DNA of 64,000 nt from Eledone cirrhosa (taxonomy: Eukaryota). Location: assembly GCA_964016885.1 (NCBI GenBank), contig OZ024740.1, positions 278,008,001-278,072,000 on the forward strand. The letters run 5' to 3'. The notes beneath the pieces were generated by a model. That model worked only from the letters and a program-made list of their open reading frames with translations, was not told the origin of the DNA and made no database searches. The position numbers and the translations under genes were made by a program. Positions 27,150 through 41,200 of the stretch are shown in pieces (position 1 is the first letter of the stretch; each line of letters opens with the position of its first letter).

Positions 27150-29311
27150 AGATCAAAAGATGGTTAAAAGAGTACCAAGTATTTTATGATGCGCATTTCA
27201 AAAACAAATATCATCATGTGATGATATCTGCGTTTTCATTAGATAAAATAGGGATACATGATATGAAGCTTAAAAAACATTTGTGAATAGTGAAGTTTTA
27301 AATCAACATAGGAAAAATAATTTAAGATTGATGTATGAGATTGTGAAAAAGTGAGGGGGGTGGGGTGGAAAAGGTAAGGAAGAGGAGGAGATGAGAGTAA
27401 AAAAAGGAGTATAAGAAGGAAGGATGAGAGACGAGGAGAGATGGGTGATAGAGAGAGATATAGCCTTTACAACTGAGAAAAAGTATATATATATTGTCTC
27501 ACAGAGAGAAGTTAAAAAGCCGTTGGAAGATAATAGATAATTTAAAAGAATTTGAAATTAAAAGTTAATGAGGTTTATGCATGAAGAGAAAAGGGGATTA
27601 AGAATAATATTAAATTAAGGTTTGTATATTAAAGGGTTTAATAATATGTGTGAGGAAAAGAAATTATTAATATGTATTATTAAAATAAAAATATTAATAT
27701 TACTAAGGATATAATGTGAAAAGAAGTAGAAGAGTGAATGAGTTATGAATTTAGAGGAATTAGTTAGTGTTTAAGTTTGTTTTTATGTAATGTAATATGT
27801 GTGCGTAATATATGTACGTAAATAGTTTGTTTATAAATGAGCGCAGAAAGCAAAGAAGAAAAGAATGTTTAAGGAAGAATATATCTAACATCAAAAAATA
27901 TATATGTTTACGAAATCTTTTCTAATGGTAATAATATAATATATTAAAAGAAATTAGTTAGGGTTAAGTTTGTTTTTATGTATTGTAACATGTAAAAGTC
28001 AAACGAGCATGAAAGGAAGAGATAAGGAATTTAAGGAAGAAAAATCTAACGTCAAAAAATGTTTTTGTTTACGAAGGACTATTAAAGGTAATACTATAAT
28101 GTATTAAAGAAAATAATAATAATTTTTATGGCCAATGATATGAAGAAAGATGGAAGAATGGATAATGTTGTGGTGAGTAATAATAAGAATTGAGAAGTAG
28201 TTAGGAAGAAAAAGTACAGATTAGAGGTTAGAAATTGAAAAGAAAAGAGGAAGAAAGGAAAGTGATAAAGAGGAATGATATAGAATGAGTAACTTGTATT
28301 ATATAATATATAATAAATAATATTGAAATAAGGTAGAAAGATGGGTATATTTTTGAAAGATATATAAGCCTTTGAGAAAAAAGATTTTAAACTAGTAAGG
28401 TATTAGATATTAGCTGTATACTTTATGGAATGTTCTGTGGAATTTATGCAAGCAGAGAGAAAATAAATCGGTGCGTCTATTTATTATAGAATTGAAATTA
28501 GATATAATGGTAAATTTCTCAGATAGGCAAAGATTACATGTTCTGGATAGGGAGGCATTCAAGTAGGGAGAGGCAGAACAAACTTTTCTCCAAGAGTTAA
28601 TATATAGTTAATATTTTTGTTTTTCAAGGACCATATCAGTTCTGAGAGTGCCGTGTTAGTTCTTTTAAGTTGGTATTTAAAAGACGAATTGTGATTATAA
28701 ATTCTAGCTTTGAAGGAGGTGGAAGTGGAACCGAAATAGGTAAAGGAATTGGTATCAGTTATAACCTTACATTCATAGACTAAGTTTTTATCAAGACAAT
28801 GGTTATTGAGAGGACATTTAGTTCTAACAGGGCAATTACAATTGCGATTAGAGAAATTAACAGAGTTATTAACAAGTGACCTAGTGTTATTTATAGGAGG
28901 AATTGGATTGGAGAAGTTATTTACGATAGGAATAATAGTTTCCTGATTTAGATTGGTATTATGAACATTCAACGAAGTTACGTTTGACGTCGTATTTGAG
29001 TTTGCAGAATCTAGCCTAGAGTTAACAATGACGTCGGGAGTACTACTGCTATTATTATGACGCTCAGTGTTGGAAGGATGTGATTTAATATTTAATATTT
29101 TATTGCTGTGTTTAGAGATAATGTTAGAGATGTTGGAGGACGTGGAATAGGAAAATGTTATTGTATGTTTGTTAAAGATTTTACTATAGATATGTGATGG
29201 AGGGAAGCATTTATCTAAGGGCCTAAAGAATAGTTTAGGAATATTATTATTAATAGAAATAGAGAAAGGAGCATTATACCAGATTATATTTTTGTATCTA
29301 GGTCTAATATT

Positions 29312-29315
<4 letters not shown>
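27141..29315 (-). mobile_element. Naiad-like PLE 3' part (ORF remnant, 3' UTR, HHR-bearing end)
   Basis: IIWYNAPFS, CNCPVRTKCPLNNHC and YFGST, then CNLCLSEK after a frameshift. An HHR motif lies at 27180-27250 and both ends abut (TA)n. Confidence 0.85.
27180..27250 (-). ncRNA. Hammerhead family C, core mutated (CTAATGA)
   Basis: Reverse complement reads tattttat-CTAATGA-aaac..gatatcatc a catgatgatat..gtttt-TGAAA-tgcgca-TC-ataaaata. Confidence 0.6.
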
Positions 29316-29370
<55 letters not shown>

Positions 29371-29377
29371 CTATTCT

Positions 29378-29496
29378 AACGCGGGTAAAATTCCCGAGAT
29401 CCATGGACGAGTTCTCTCCAGCGGTTTCTGTCCCTCATTATCACCGCCATGTCCTGCTGCTCCAACAGACCAGTGTCTGTCCTTAGGGCATCAACA

Positions 29497-29497
<1 letters not shown>
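29378..29497 (-). mobile_element. Short 3' end of the same RTE-like family as 15655
   Basis: gcgggtaaaattcccgagatc...cagaccagtgtctgtccttag matches 15655-15770. Confidence 0.7.
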
Positions 29498-29547
<50 letters not shown>

Positions 29548-30191
29548 CGAAGGAAATGTGGTACGGAACCGGATGGGCCATAACGCACTAAAGTACTCAA
29601 TACTTAGGGTAGTAGAGTGGGTAATAGGAACGAGTAGGATCCCGACGGCTTAGCTCAAGCCATTTCGACGGCTAATTCTGGACTAAATGAAAATTTTTAT
29701 CCTGGTAAATGAATAGCCGAGCTTCTCAGGGGGTAATATTCCATATATGGTAAAAGAGATAGTCACAAGGATTGGTCAAAAGTTTGTTGTTGAGACATAA
29801 TTCTATCATGGCATTTTGTGGAAAGAAGGGTAGCTTAACTTGCCAGTAGAAGAAAGAGGGAGAGGGAGTGGAGGAAACCCAGTCGTGCGTTGAAAGTGAT
29901 GACTACAGCAGAATCCTAAGGAGAAGAGGTCAAGAGGGGGAGGGGGGAGGAAGTCGAAACAATAAGTAGATCTATATGGAGTAAATCTATATAGAAAAAT
30001 AAGAATGTTAAAAATATAAAAATAACACAATTTCTGGTTACTATTCCCCTACCACAATCATCAAATCTCTCACTAGACTATAGAAAAGTTTAATAGGTGG
30101 GGCGGGATACTAAATACGAGATTGTAGTGAAAGAATTTTATGAGTTAGTAGTACTCGGCCTAATCTATCTTACAATGACAGGTCAACAAGC

Positions 30192-30325
30192 AGGCGTGTG
30201 GCTGAGTGGTTAGAGAATTGAATTCGCAATAGTGAGGTAGGTTGTAAGTTCTCTTTCCGTACCGGGCGATGCGTTATGTCCTTAAGCAAGACACATTATT
30301 TCACGTTGCTCCTTCTACCTGGAGT
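30192..30325 (+). mobile_element. tRNA-derived SINE head, same family as 12024
   Basis: gcgtgtggctgagtggttagagaattg...gcaagacacattatttcacgttgctcc. Confidence 0.7.
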
Positions 30326-30453
<128 letters not shown>

Positions 30454-30484
30454 TAAATGGAAATTATATTTATAAAACCATATT

Positions 30485-30550
30485 TATTTTATTATATATA
30501 TTTCAAGGGCAACCAAGGCAAATTATGGTGCGCTTTCATCAGATAAAATA
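30485..30550 (-). ncRNA. Hammerhead family A
   Basis: Reverse complement of 746-811. Confidence 0.8.
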
Positions 30551-31207
30551 CAGATTTGTTTTATAAATAAATATTGACATACCGGGAAAAAAGACAACCT
30601 TAACTCTTGGAGCTTCCTGGATAGTGGAGATAATATTTTATTGAGGGTTATACAAAGTTATGAGTGAGTATGCAAATGAGTGTCCGAAAATTTGATAAGA
30701 TAACGGTTTATTTAAATTAAACTGTTGGAAGAAGATGATATGTAAGGGAGAGAGAAAAAAGAAAAAGGAAGGAGAAAGAGAGAATAGGAAAGAAAGAACG
30801 ATTAGTGATAGTGGAGATAGACGGAGTGAATGAAGAAATAAGTTTTAATGGAAAAATATACATAGCGTAAATATATCTAAGTGAAAAAAGTGAAAGAAGA
30901 AATAAGATTAACGTGGAAGAATAATATTTAGAATGTAGGGTTCATTACGTTGTGATTATAATATTTATAATGATAGGTTGAAAAATTAGATTAAAATTAA
31001 AAATTAAAAATCAAAATTAAAGATTAAAATTTGCCTTAATATTAAAGATCTAATTTAATATTAATATTAAAAATTAAAAAAATCAAAAAAATTAAAAATT
31101 AAAATTAAAACAGAAGTATTTATATTATATTAAGATGTATTTGTAATAATATATTGGTTTAGATGTGTATCTTATGGATTATAAATTATTTAAATAAATA
31201 TATAGTA

Positions 31208-31370
31208 TTATACGAACATGCCAGACAACAACACTACGGTAACATAGACAACATAGAAATTAGAATAATATCTAAACATAGAAATGACCCAGCAGATAGG
31301 CAAATCAGTGAGGCCAGTGAAATAGAACTTAGAAGGCCAAGCCTAAACAGAAAAAATGAATGGAATAACA
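31208..31370 (+). pseudogene. C-terminal GIY-YIG fragment of a different PLE type
   Basis: YEHARQQH...RQISEASEIELRRPSLNRKNEW resembles the PLE GIY-YIG E...I...P.LN terminus. Confidence 0.6.
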
Positions 31371-32694
31371 ACAACACCCAAACAAACAACACTGACCTAA
31401 GAGAAGTATAAATAAATACATAAATAAATAGATAAATAAATAAATACATACACAGCATAATAACAACAAACATATATAAACACACACTAGTAAAGATAGA
31501 ATACATTAACCAATACACAGTCACCCAAACACGAACACACATCAAACAAAACACTATACACACACGCAAACGCATGCGCAAAGAAGACAACAACAAAATA
31601 AACAAATAAATAAATATATAAACAGACTAAATAAAGATGGCGTAGACATACAATGCAACGGGAGGAAACAATAGCACCACTGACGTTGTTGCAGATGTGC
31701 AACGAAAGAACTTTGATAGACTATATATATGTGTTTATGTCTATATTGTATCTGTATTTTTGACCGTTGGTCAATCAATGGCAACATTGAGGACCGAATA
31801 AATTAAATTAACCGATATAAAAGACACAGAAGTGAAAAGCGAAAACCAACCAAGCAGTGAGTGTGTTGTGTTATTAATTCTGGCAATATTACACAAATAT
31901 GACCCTCCCCAAGTATAACAATATAGTATTTTACATTAGAGAAAATCTAGTATAGTTTATTTTATTAAAGCAAGTTTGGCAAAATTATATTTATTAATAG
32001 TTGTAAGTCAAAACTTAAACATCCAAATAATTCCAAATTTATGAAAATTTACGAGAGTTTACAAAGGAATAACTACTTAATTATATTATAAAAACAGTAA
32101 GAAAGTATAAAAGAAGTTAGAAGTGATTTTTTAAGAACTCAAATGACTCCAAGGATACATAAAAAACCCTTCAGAGAAAAATTTCTTTTTTTAATTTTTT
32201 TTAACTTCTTTTATGAGATGTCATAGATGTTATAAAGTTAAAAAATGTTATCTTAAGAATATAATTAAAACATAAATCATATGTTATTTTATAAGAAGTC
32301 ATAAATTTATCTTAATAATATAATTAAAACATAAACCATAGGTTATATTAAAAGAACTCATACTTGTTATAAAGTTTTTAAAAATGTATCTTAAGAATAT
32401 AGTTAAAACATAAACCATAGGTTATTCCACATATATAAAATATAGGTCATTCCACATATATATAAAAAACCTATATGTAAAACCATATTCTCTTTCTCTT
32501 ACATATCATCTTCTTACAACAGTTTAATTAAAATAAACCGTTATCTTTTCCACTTTTCGGACACTCATTTGCATACTCACTCATAACTTTGTATTACCCT
32601 CAATAAAATATAATCTCCACTATCCAGGAAGCTCCAACCGTTAAGGTTGTCTTTTTTTACGGGTATGTCAATATTTATTTATAAAACAAATCTG

Positions 32695-32759
32695 TATTTT
32701 ATCTGATGAAAGCGCGCCATAATTTGCCTTGGTGGCCCTTGAAATATACATAATAAAAT
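32695..32759 (+). ncRNA. Hammerhead family A
   Basis: Copy of 746-811 with few substitutions. Confidence 0.7.
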
Positions 32760-32873
32760 TAATATGGTTTTATAAATATAGTTTCCATTTATTAATATAT
32801 TGTGTATTTACTCCACTAACATGTTATAAAGATTTTTAAGCTTGTTGAATCCCAACAAATTAAATATAACCTC

Positions 32874-32940
<67 letters not shown>

Positions 32941-33203
32941 GGAAAAAATGAAACGATATTTCATTTCCCACTCTTAGTACGGCTTTTACTTAAATATAAG
33001 TATGTACACGTACATACATATATGTATACCGACGTACAGTAGTATGTATATATATATATACATACATGCACACATATATATATGCACGTATGGATTCACC
33101 GAACATTTATTATAATGCTCGGTGTGTTTGTAAACAAACATCCCGTATTAAGCCGTAGTGTCTAGCAACCACCGTTGCTCGTTTGTTCAACACTGACAAA
33201 GGA

Positions 33204-33246
33204 ACGCTGTACTAGTTTCAAGCTTGTTAGCTATCGTCAGCAGCGT
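33204..33246 (-). ncRNA. Hammerhead family B
   Basis: Identical to 1262-1304. Confidence 0.85.
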
Positions 33247-33533
33247 ATACCTTCCTGCCAGATTGTTGAACGTATATACTTACCTTTTGCATATTAACGG
33301 CTGAGTAGTCCAATTTGCATATCGAGTGGGTTAATCGGCCGGGTGCACCGAAAACGATAGACGGAAAAAATGAAACGATATTTCATTTCCCACTCTTAGT
33401 ACGGCTGTTACTCAAATATAAGTATGTACACGTACATACATATATGTATACCGACGTACAGTAGTATGTATATATATATATATGTGTGTGTATGTATGTA
33501 TGTATGTATGTATGTATGTATGTATGTATGTAT

Positions 33534-34137
33534 GGTCACCACTTGGTGCTACTGGTAACATGTATCCCAGTACAACCTGTCTCATGGTCGGGTCGTTGGC
33601 GACTAAACTGGCAACCCCACCAAGGTTTCTTGGTGAGGAGGGTGACTTTGGACATCCTGCAGGACTAAAAACAAAACCTGTCAAAGGGCAAAGTAGCTCT
33701 TAAGAGTCAATGGCCATCCAAAATCACTGGGAGAGATGACCCCTTAGCCTTTGTCAAGGCAGAATTCTAGGAGAAGGAAAACTCTGATATAACACCTGCA
33801 ACCCTGATGGTATCCAATGATGTTGACTTGTTCTTCTTTTTGGTAAATATCATCTTGGTTAAGAGAGTGGGACTGGCTTTGTGCAGTGGCTTTGCTCACT
33901 ATAAAAGCTTCACGGCACAGGCATTGCTTTGTATCTGGAGATCTCTCTGCACTTGTCGTCACATGGTACCAAAGGTAAAGCACTATGTGTCAATAATTGT
34001 CACAAGTGTAGTGTGTGTACCAGAGTTTTCAAGTTGCTGGCTGGACTAAAATGTCACACTCGTTCAGCGCATCGGTAGGGGTTCTCCTACATGGATATAA
34101 AGTAGTGGCCGTACTCGAAAACGAGTTGCCAGCCACC
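33534..34137 (+). mobile_element. ~600-bp bipartite non-autonomous RTE-like element (X0), inserted in (TATG)n
   Basis: An RTE-type 5' UTR motif ctaggagaaggaaaactctga (33767-33787, recognised from memory) is followed by a terminal C2H2 finger remnant CSVC...KCHTRSAHR* (34007-34078), a ctcgaaaacgag hairpin and an (ATGT)n tail. Confidence 0.75.
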
Positions 34138-34189
34138 ATGTATGTATGTATGTATGTATGTATGTATGTATGTATGTATATATGAATAC

Positions 34190-34224
<35 letters not shown>

Positions 34225-34297
34225 TTATTCCGGGTTGAATCGGAGGTAACCACAATAAGTAAGGTACTCAATACAGATCTAGTCCTGTAGAAGCTCT

Positions 34298-34411
<114 letters not shown>

Positions 34412-35479
34412 TATGGATGGATATGCGTGTGTAAACCTTGAGGCTACTATTTTTCTTTCACTCTCTCAATTTATCTTTGAATTTCCTACACGCTCTGTTG
34501 TGTTTTAAGACGATTCTAAAGTCAATCAAGAAATATCTCCACAGACCCACATATACACACATATACACTGGGAATTTCTGTGAGAATATATATATAGATA
34601 TATGCGAACAGCATAAGAATGTTGGAATATATGAAAGAATTATCCATATATAAATATAACTTCTGATTTTACTCTTGAATTGTTTCCTATTTTATGAAGA
34701 TTATAAGACAAAACGAGAAGAAAACCAAAAATATCTGCACAATAGAACCTCAATTCCTACCGGCATTGCAACTTTCTGAAATACTTAAAAGGCAAAGCAG
34801 ACAACAAATCTTCTTTTAGAGCCAGGGAATTGACAGTAAATTATAAACGGATGAAAGAGCATTTCTTTAAATGAAAATGAATATGACAAAAAGTGTTTAA
34901 ATTTATTGACTTTCTAGGTTGAAGTGCTCCTACAAATGCCTATTGATTTGTGGAAAATTTGTTAAAATTAATAAGACGATCTGATCAAGCCGTTCCAATT
35001 ACTAAAGTTACTAAGGCGAACGAATCATGCTTCTGTGCATTGAACTCCACTAATATGAATATCTGAAATTATAATATGATTGCACCATAAATCACCCACA
35101 GCGAGAGTTATGTAGGAATAGTACACATAAACATGCTTTCATGCGTGACTCTATTGTTAATAACGTCACTGATAATTAATGCGAGTCTACCAAGTTTTAA
35201 CAATAAAGAAATTAGCATCTCAGCTTGAGCTTGGGCTCACCTCAGTAGCAGATGGATACAATTCCTGACACAATATGATCTGATGTTCTCATACGTCTAA
35301 GGTAGCTGAGACATGTATGGTCCCGTAACTCATGAGTGACTCGTAGGGGCGCTGCATTGACATACGGCGTTTCTAGAGCATTTTAAAACCTGACGGCGCC
35401 TATCCATTTCCAGATTTTTCCAGAAAAGGACCGGAAGTGAGAGAATGAAAGTGAGAAAGATACATATAGTAACAAGCGA

Positions 35480-35615
35480 CCCCGGTACTTGACTGGAACA
35501 TTTTATGGACACCAAATGGATGCAAGACAACGTTGACCTCGGTAGGATTTGAACTGAGAGAGCAAAGAACTGAAACGGACACCGCAAAGTATTCTATCCA
35601 ACGTTCTAATGACCC
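35480..35615 (-). mobile_element. SINE remnant related to 61995 (also 14030-14170, 8565-8650, 9775-9880)
   Basis: Shared motif ttgacctcgg..ggatttgaact.aga. Confidence 0.55.
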
Positions 35616-35704
35616 TGTGACGTGATCACAGTTTAAAATACCTATAGCAAGACATCAATACATAAATACATACATACATGTATACATGCATAAATAGATA
35701 TATC

Positions 35705-35990
35705 GAAGACCCACTTCGGTCACGAATGACCATGGGATTTGCACCTAGAAAGTTTCCCTCCGAGGCACAAGTCCGGGAAAGGTTGTTTGAGGAAGATCAG
35801 CAGTCGCCCATGCATAACAGTCTCCCCTCTTCACGCCACCGATGATGTCCAAAGGAAAGGGTATGGCTAATACAGATTGGCAGTGACGTCGTAACTCATT
35901 TCTACAGCTGAGTAAACTGGAGCAACGTGAAATAAAGTGTCTTGCTCAAGGACACAACACATCACTAGGTCCGAGAATCGAACACGCAAC
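35705..35990 (-). mobile_element. SINE of the same family, truncated at the adjacent LINE fragment
   Basis: ggagcaacgtgaaataaagtgtcttgctcaagga...ggtccgagaatcgaac matches 12025-12090. Confidence 0.7.
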
Positions 35991-35994
35991 ATTT

Positions 35995-37488
35995 CAAATA
36001 ATGAACGCGTAACCAGGGAATACTACACCCGACTAAGACAGATTTTGTCATCGGAACTCTCTGAGCAAAACAAAACAGTGGCTCACAATGTGTGGAATAC
36101 TCAATTGGACGATAGACGAAATCCGAGCAGTCGATGTTGGAACTCGAAAAATAGTAAACAACACCGGCAACTTCCAGATCAACAGTGACATAGACCGCCT
36201 TTACTTGAAACGTAAGCAGGGAGGCAGAGGCCTAACATCAGTCCAGACAGCATTTGAATGTCACATCATATCCCTCCGACAACATCTACGAACCTCGAAG
36301 CGTAGGAGTCCGTCTCTCGAGCAAGTCTATCTGTATGAAACAGATAAGATCATAAGAGTTGGGAAGGAACTCCTCGAGAGATATTCTCTGTGTAATAATC
36401 AAAAGCTCACACCCAGGGAAGTCGCTCAGCAGTATCGCAGTGTATCCATGGATAAAAAACTGCATGCTTATCAGCAAATACATGGATATGTTACCAGGAA
36501 GCTCCAGAGTGAGAGTAATATAGATAAGGAAAGTAGTCTATCTTGGACCAACAACCGCTATATTGGCTCCCACTTTGAAGGATACGCTTTTGCAATCTAA
36601 GAACAGGAGATTAACACGAAATACCTGACTCACAAAAGAGATAGGGATGCAGACATAACGCCTAGATAAGATAACAAGCGCAGACTCAGCAGAACTAACA
36701 TCGAAGATATTATCCATGTCATCAGCAGCTGTTCAAAGATGTCATCGCGGTAGTATCTATCTATGAGGCATGATGTAGTGGCCAAAACACTGTACAATGC
36801 AGTTCGTAAAAAAGATAGCCCCGATAATAAACACATTAAAAGCTACAACAATGTGGAAGATATCCATGTACATAATATGAAAGAGTACTGGTGGAATGTT
36901 CCAGTAAAAATCCCAATAAAATTCAGGCATAACAGACCAGATATTATGGAGAAGAAAGCATGCACAGTAGTGGAAATTAGCTGCCCAGCAGATGCCAATA
37001 TAATATCAAAGATTAGTGAAAAGGAGAATATTTATGCAGAACTGATGAGAAATCTGCAGATACTCCACCCTGATTACACCTTCAGTTCAGATTTATGCCT
37101 GTGATTATTGGGGCACTGTGACACTGTGGTATATTAGTAAATACAAATCTTGAGAAGCTAAGCTTCACAGTAACAGAAAGAACACAACTAAGTGGGAAAT
37201 TACAAGTACAATTCATTAATGGAACAGTAAAAATAGGTAAAACATTCCAAACATTTTACATCTAATAACTGCATATACACATGTAGAGATACAAAGCATA
37301 TACACATGCACACATACAACTCAAAACATCCACATCCACACATACAATAACATCCATATCTACACATGCATACATACAAAATCTACCTAGTTGATGTGTA
37401 AATTCCAATGAGAGAGTCTTGTGTCTATGTTAGAAACCGACTCTCTCTCTATTGGGAAAGAATTTGGGAAATTATAAAACCAGAAGAA
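35995..37488 (+). mobile_element. Older, divergent R4/Dong-like LINE 3' fragment
   Basis: Motifs ILSSELS, DIDRLYLKRKQGGRGL, HFEGYAFAI, MRHD and RHNRPDI..VVEISCP are present, with many stops. It ends at (CATA)n 37489-37550. Confidence 0.85.
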
Positions 37489-37522
37489 CATACATACATA
37501 CATACATACATACATACATACA

Positions 37523-37553
<31 letters not shown>

Positions 37554-38016
37554 TTATGTATATTAAATATCTGTTCAAAGCGAAATACATTCTATACAAA
37601 TATATATACATGATATTATCGAATATGGCTATTGCACGATATAACATTATTAATAATTAGGAATTAATGCTATCGTGCAATGCCTGTACGTGAAGATTTT
37701 TTTAAAGTAATGAAAGACTGTGCACTGTGCCAATCTCACTCTCTGAGCGGCAGTAGCTATAACCCGAAAAGAAGAAAAGATCAACATCATCGGTAAATAC
37801 TGCGCCGGGGTTTTATGTCGGAGTTATCCGAGTTCCTGAGAATGCCCTGACAGAGGCTAGGGGTCCTTCACTCCCAGTGGGTATCCAGCCCGATTATTTC
37901 TCTGTCCCATCGCATATATATATACATATGTATGCATGTATATACATATATACAAATATACATATATATAAATGTATATACATATTTACAAATGTATATA
38001 CCTATTTACATATTAT

Positions 38017-38207
38017 TGGATGGCCGTTGACTCTTATGAGATCTACCGCCCTTTGTGAGGTTTTGTTTTTTGTCCTGCAGAGTGTCCAAAATAACCATCA
38101 TCACCAAGTGAACTTGGTGGGGTTGCCGGTTTGGTCGCCGACGACCCGACCATGTGACAGGTTGTAAACGGTTACATGTTACCGGTAGCACTCAAGAGTG
38201 ACCCGAC
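38017..38207 (-). mobile_element. Diverged 5' fragment of an X-related element
   Basis: Aligns to the first ~190 nt of X0 with many substitutions and lies next to (TACA)n. Confidence 0.75.
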
Positions 38208-38271
38208 ATATATATATATACATACATACATACATACATACATACATACATACATACATACATACATACAT

Positions 38272-41200
38272 ACCCAGAATTAGACTTTTCTCCAAAGCAT
38301 TTAAATGAACAGGCAAAACGTATCATTAGATGTAAATTGATACATCTAACGGAATTGAGTGATACTACAAATACAGCCCTTGTAGACAACCACCCCACCT
38401 CCACTGACAGACAAAGAGAATGGCCAGCTAAATCTAACAGTGAACAGCTCACCAACAATTTTGCTGAAATCCATCCCACTTCCACTGAAGAACAGCGAGA
38501 AAGGTCAGCTGACTCTAGTAGTAATTGTCACCACATCAACAGCGAGGCTGAAATTCATGACTCTACTGAACAAACAGAACACCGAAAACTTGTGGGCACC
38601 CTACAAGTGATATGGAACGATATGTTTCAAGAGATACACAGCCTTAATGTGAGTGACAGACCATACAACACTAGAGTCAGTAAAGAACCCACTAAATTGG
38701 AATTGGAAGCGGTGAACGAAATAGCTGGCAATTATCTGAAGGCTATACGATCTAAAGGTGTAGAAACGACATTTGAAACGCTTAATGTTTTGTTATATGT
38801 TTCAGCTGTCACATTGCTATCATATAACACACATCTAAAACCACGCAATCAAGATACAAACAGAAAGCCTGAACCAGCGTTGATGCGAAATTTAAAAACC
38901 AAAATGTTGTCCTTGAGACGAAGTATCTCACACATCGCAGTCGTTATGAAATGCAACATAGAGAGCAACTTCACACGACACCAAGAAGACCTAAAGAAAA
39001 ACTTAGAGAGACGATTTGGAGATACAAAATTTAAAACTTTGAACTCCAAATTACACCAGTTGAAACAACAACTCACAGCTACAACATAAAGACTAAAATA
39101 TAAGTCAACAGCACATAAACGACATGTGCTAAATAGATTGTTTGCCAGAGATCCTAAATCAGTTTATCGCAGCTTCGGTGGCAAAAGCTCAATCCCGGTA
39201 AACGACACCCCTTCGAAAGAACAGGTTGAGAGCTACTGGAGATCTGTATGGGAAACGGATGACGGATTCAACAGACAAGCTAATTGGCTAAAAGAACTGG
39301 AACAGGACTACTGCCAACATGTCCAGACAAAACAATATGACATAGATGGGTCAATACTGGAAACAGCTCTACAGAAAATGTCGAATAGGAAATCACCAGG
39401 CCCAGACATCATTACAGGATACTGGTTGAAGAATTTCACTTTCTATCGGCAAGATCTCATACGGCTGTTTACAGAAACCATTAAGGGCACACAAGAACTG
39501 CCCAGATGGTTATCAACTGCCACTACTCTCCTCATTCCCCAAAATATCCAAACCACCCTTGCTAAAAATTACCGCCCAATTGCCTGCCAAAACATCATGT
39601 ATAAATTATATACTGGGTGCCTTAACCTGTCCTTACAGGATCACTGTGCTACCAACAACATCATAACACCTGAACGAGCTGGTGGAAAGAGGGAGGTGTG
39701 GGGTTGCATAGATCACCTACTAACTAACAAAATGATTCAGGAAAAAACAACAAATAATCGCAGAAACATGACTGTCGTGTGGCTGGACTATCAAAAAGCA
39801 TTTGATAGTGTACCTCATGGGTGGATTATTAAGGCTTTACAGTTAGCTAAAGTCCCACAACCATTGGTAGCTGTTGTTGAACGCCTGACCAAGAACTGGT
39901 GAGAAGGAGCAGGTTAAGACTGATAAGATACATTACCAGAAGAGCATCTTTCAGGGTGATAGCTTGTCAGTGCTACTCTTCGTTCTCTCACTGAATCCAC
40001 TATCTTATCTACTCAGGAAACAAGGTGGACAAAGAAGTGGGCCCAGAAGTATCTCCCATCTTTTCTTTGTTGATGACCTGAAGTTGTATGGGCCAAATAT
40101 CAATGACATCAAGAAACAATTGGACCTCATTACACACTTTTCAACCGACATCAAAATGAAATTTGGTGAGTCCAAGTGTGCATATTTGGCAGTAAAACGT
40201 GGAAGAGCTGTGCCCTCCTCTAGAAATCTAGAGATGAACGGCCTGACAATACAACCTCTGCAGTCAGGTGACAACTACAGATATCTTGGACAGGATGAGA
40301 ATGTCAGATATGATGGACCCATAAATAAGGAGAGAACCAGAACTGAATACCTCAGAAGAGTAAAGAAAATATGGTCATCAGAACTGTCAGCATACAACAA
40401 ATTAATTGCCCACAATACTTATGCTGTGCCAATTCTAACGCCAACACTTGGCCTGCTGAACTGGTCATTGCAAGAACTAAGTGAGATGGATGTTAGAATT
40501 CGAAAACTTCTCAGTGTTACTGGCAACTTTAACATCAATGGTGATGTGGATAGGCTATACTTCTCACGCAAGGAAGGTGGCCGGGGTCTAAAATCAATAT
40601 TAACAACATATGAGACCCGGATAGTAACACTGAAGCAACACCTTCAACAGAGGAAAAAGGTTGGCAACCATCTTGCCCAGGTTTATGAACATGAAAAAAG
40701 ATATATCATTAGAATAGCGACAGATCTGGAGGATAGATATGGAATAAAGCCTGATATAAATCTCTCACCCAGAGAAATCGGAAGATCCTAGTCAATGTTC
40801 AAACAAGATTTAAAATATTGACCAATTTACAGAAAAAGTAGTGCATGGATACTCGAGGCGTAAAACACAGATCATAGAGGGGATAAACCACTCAAAAAGC
40901 CTGGCATGGAGTTCCGACAAGTTTATGACATCACACCTTGAGGGATATCTCTATGCAATACAGGAACAAGAACTCCCTACCAAATATCTGCTGCACAAAA
41001 GAGGAGGGCCAGCAGCTGACAATAAATGTAGGCTATGTAAAACAAAAATCGAGGATGTAAGCCACATTGTTGCCAGCTGCGAAAGAATGTCATCTCGCTA
41101 CAACCTCCCCATGAGACACGATGGGATAGCTAGAACCATCTGGAACGCACTTCGGGAAACAAAATTAACAACAAACGAGGAAGAATATATTGAGACAGAT

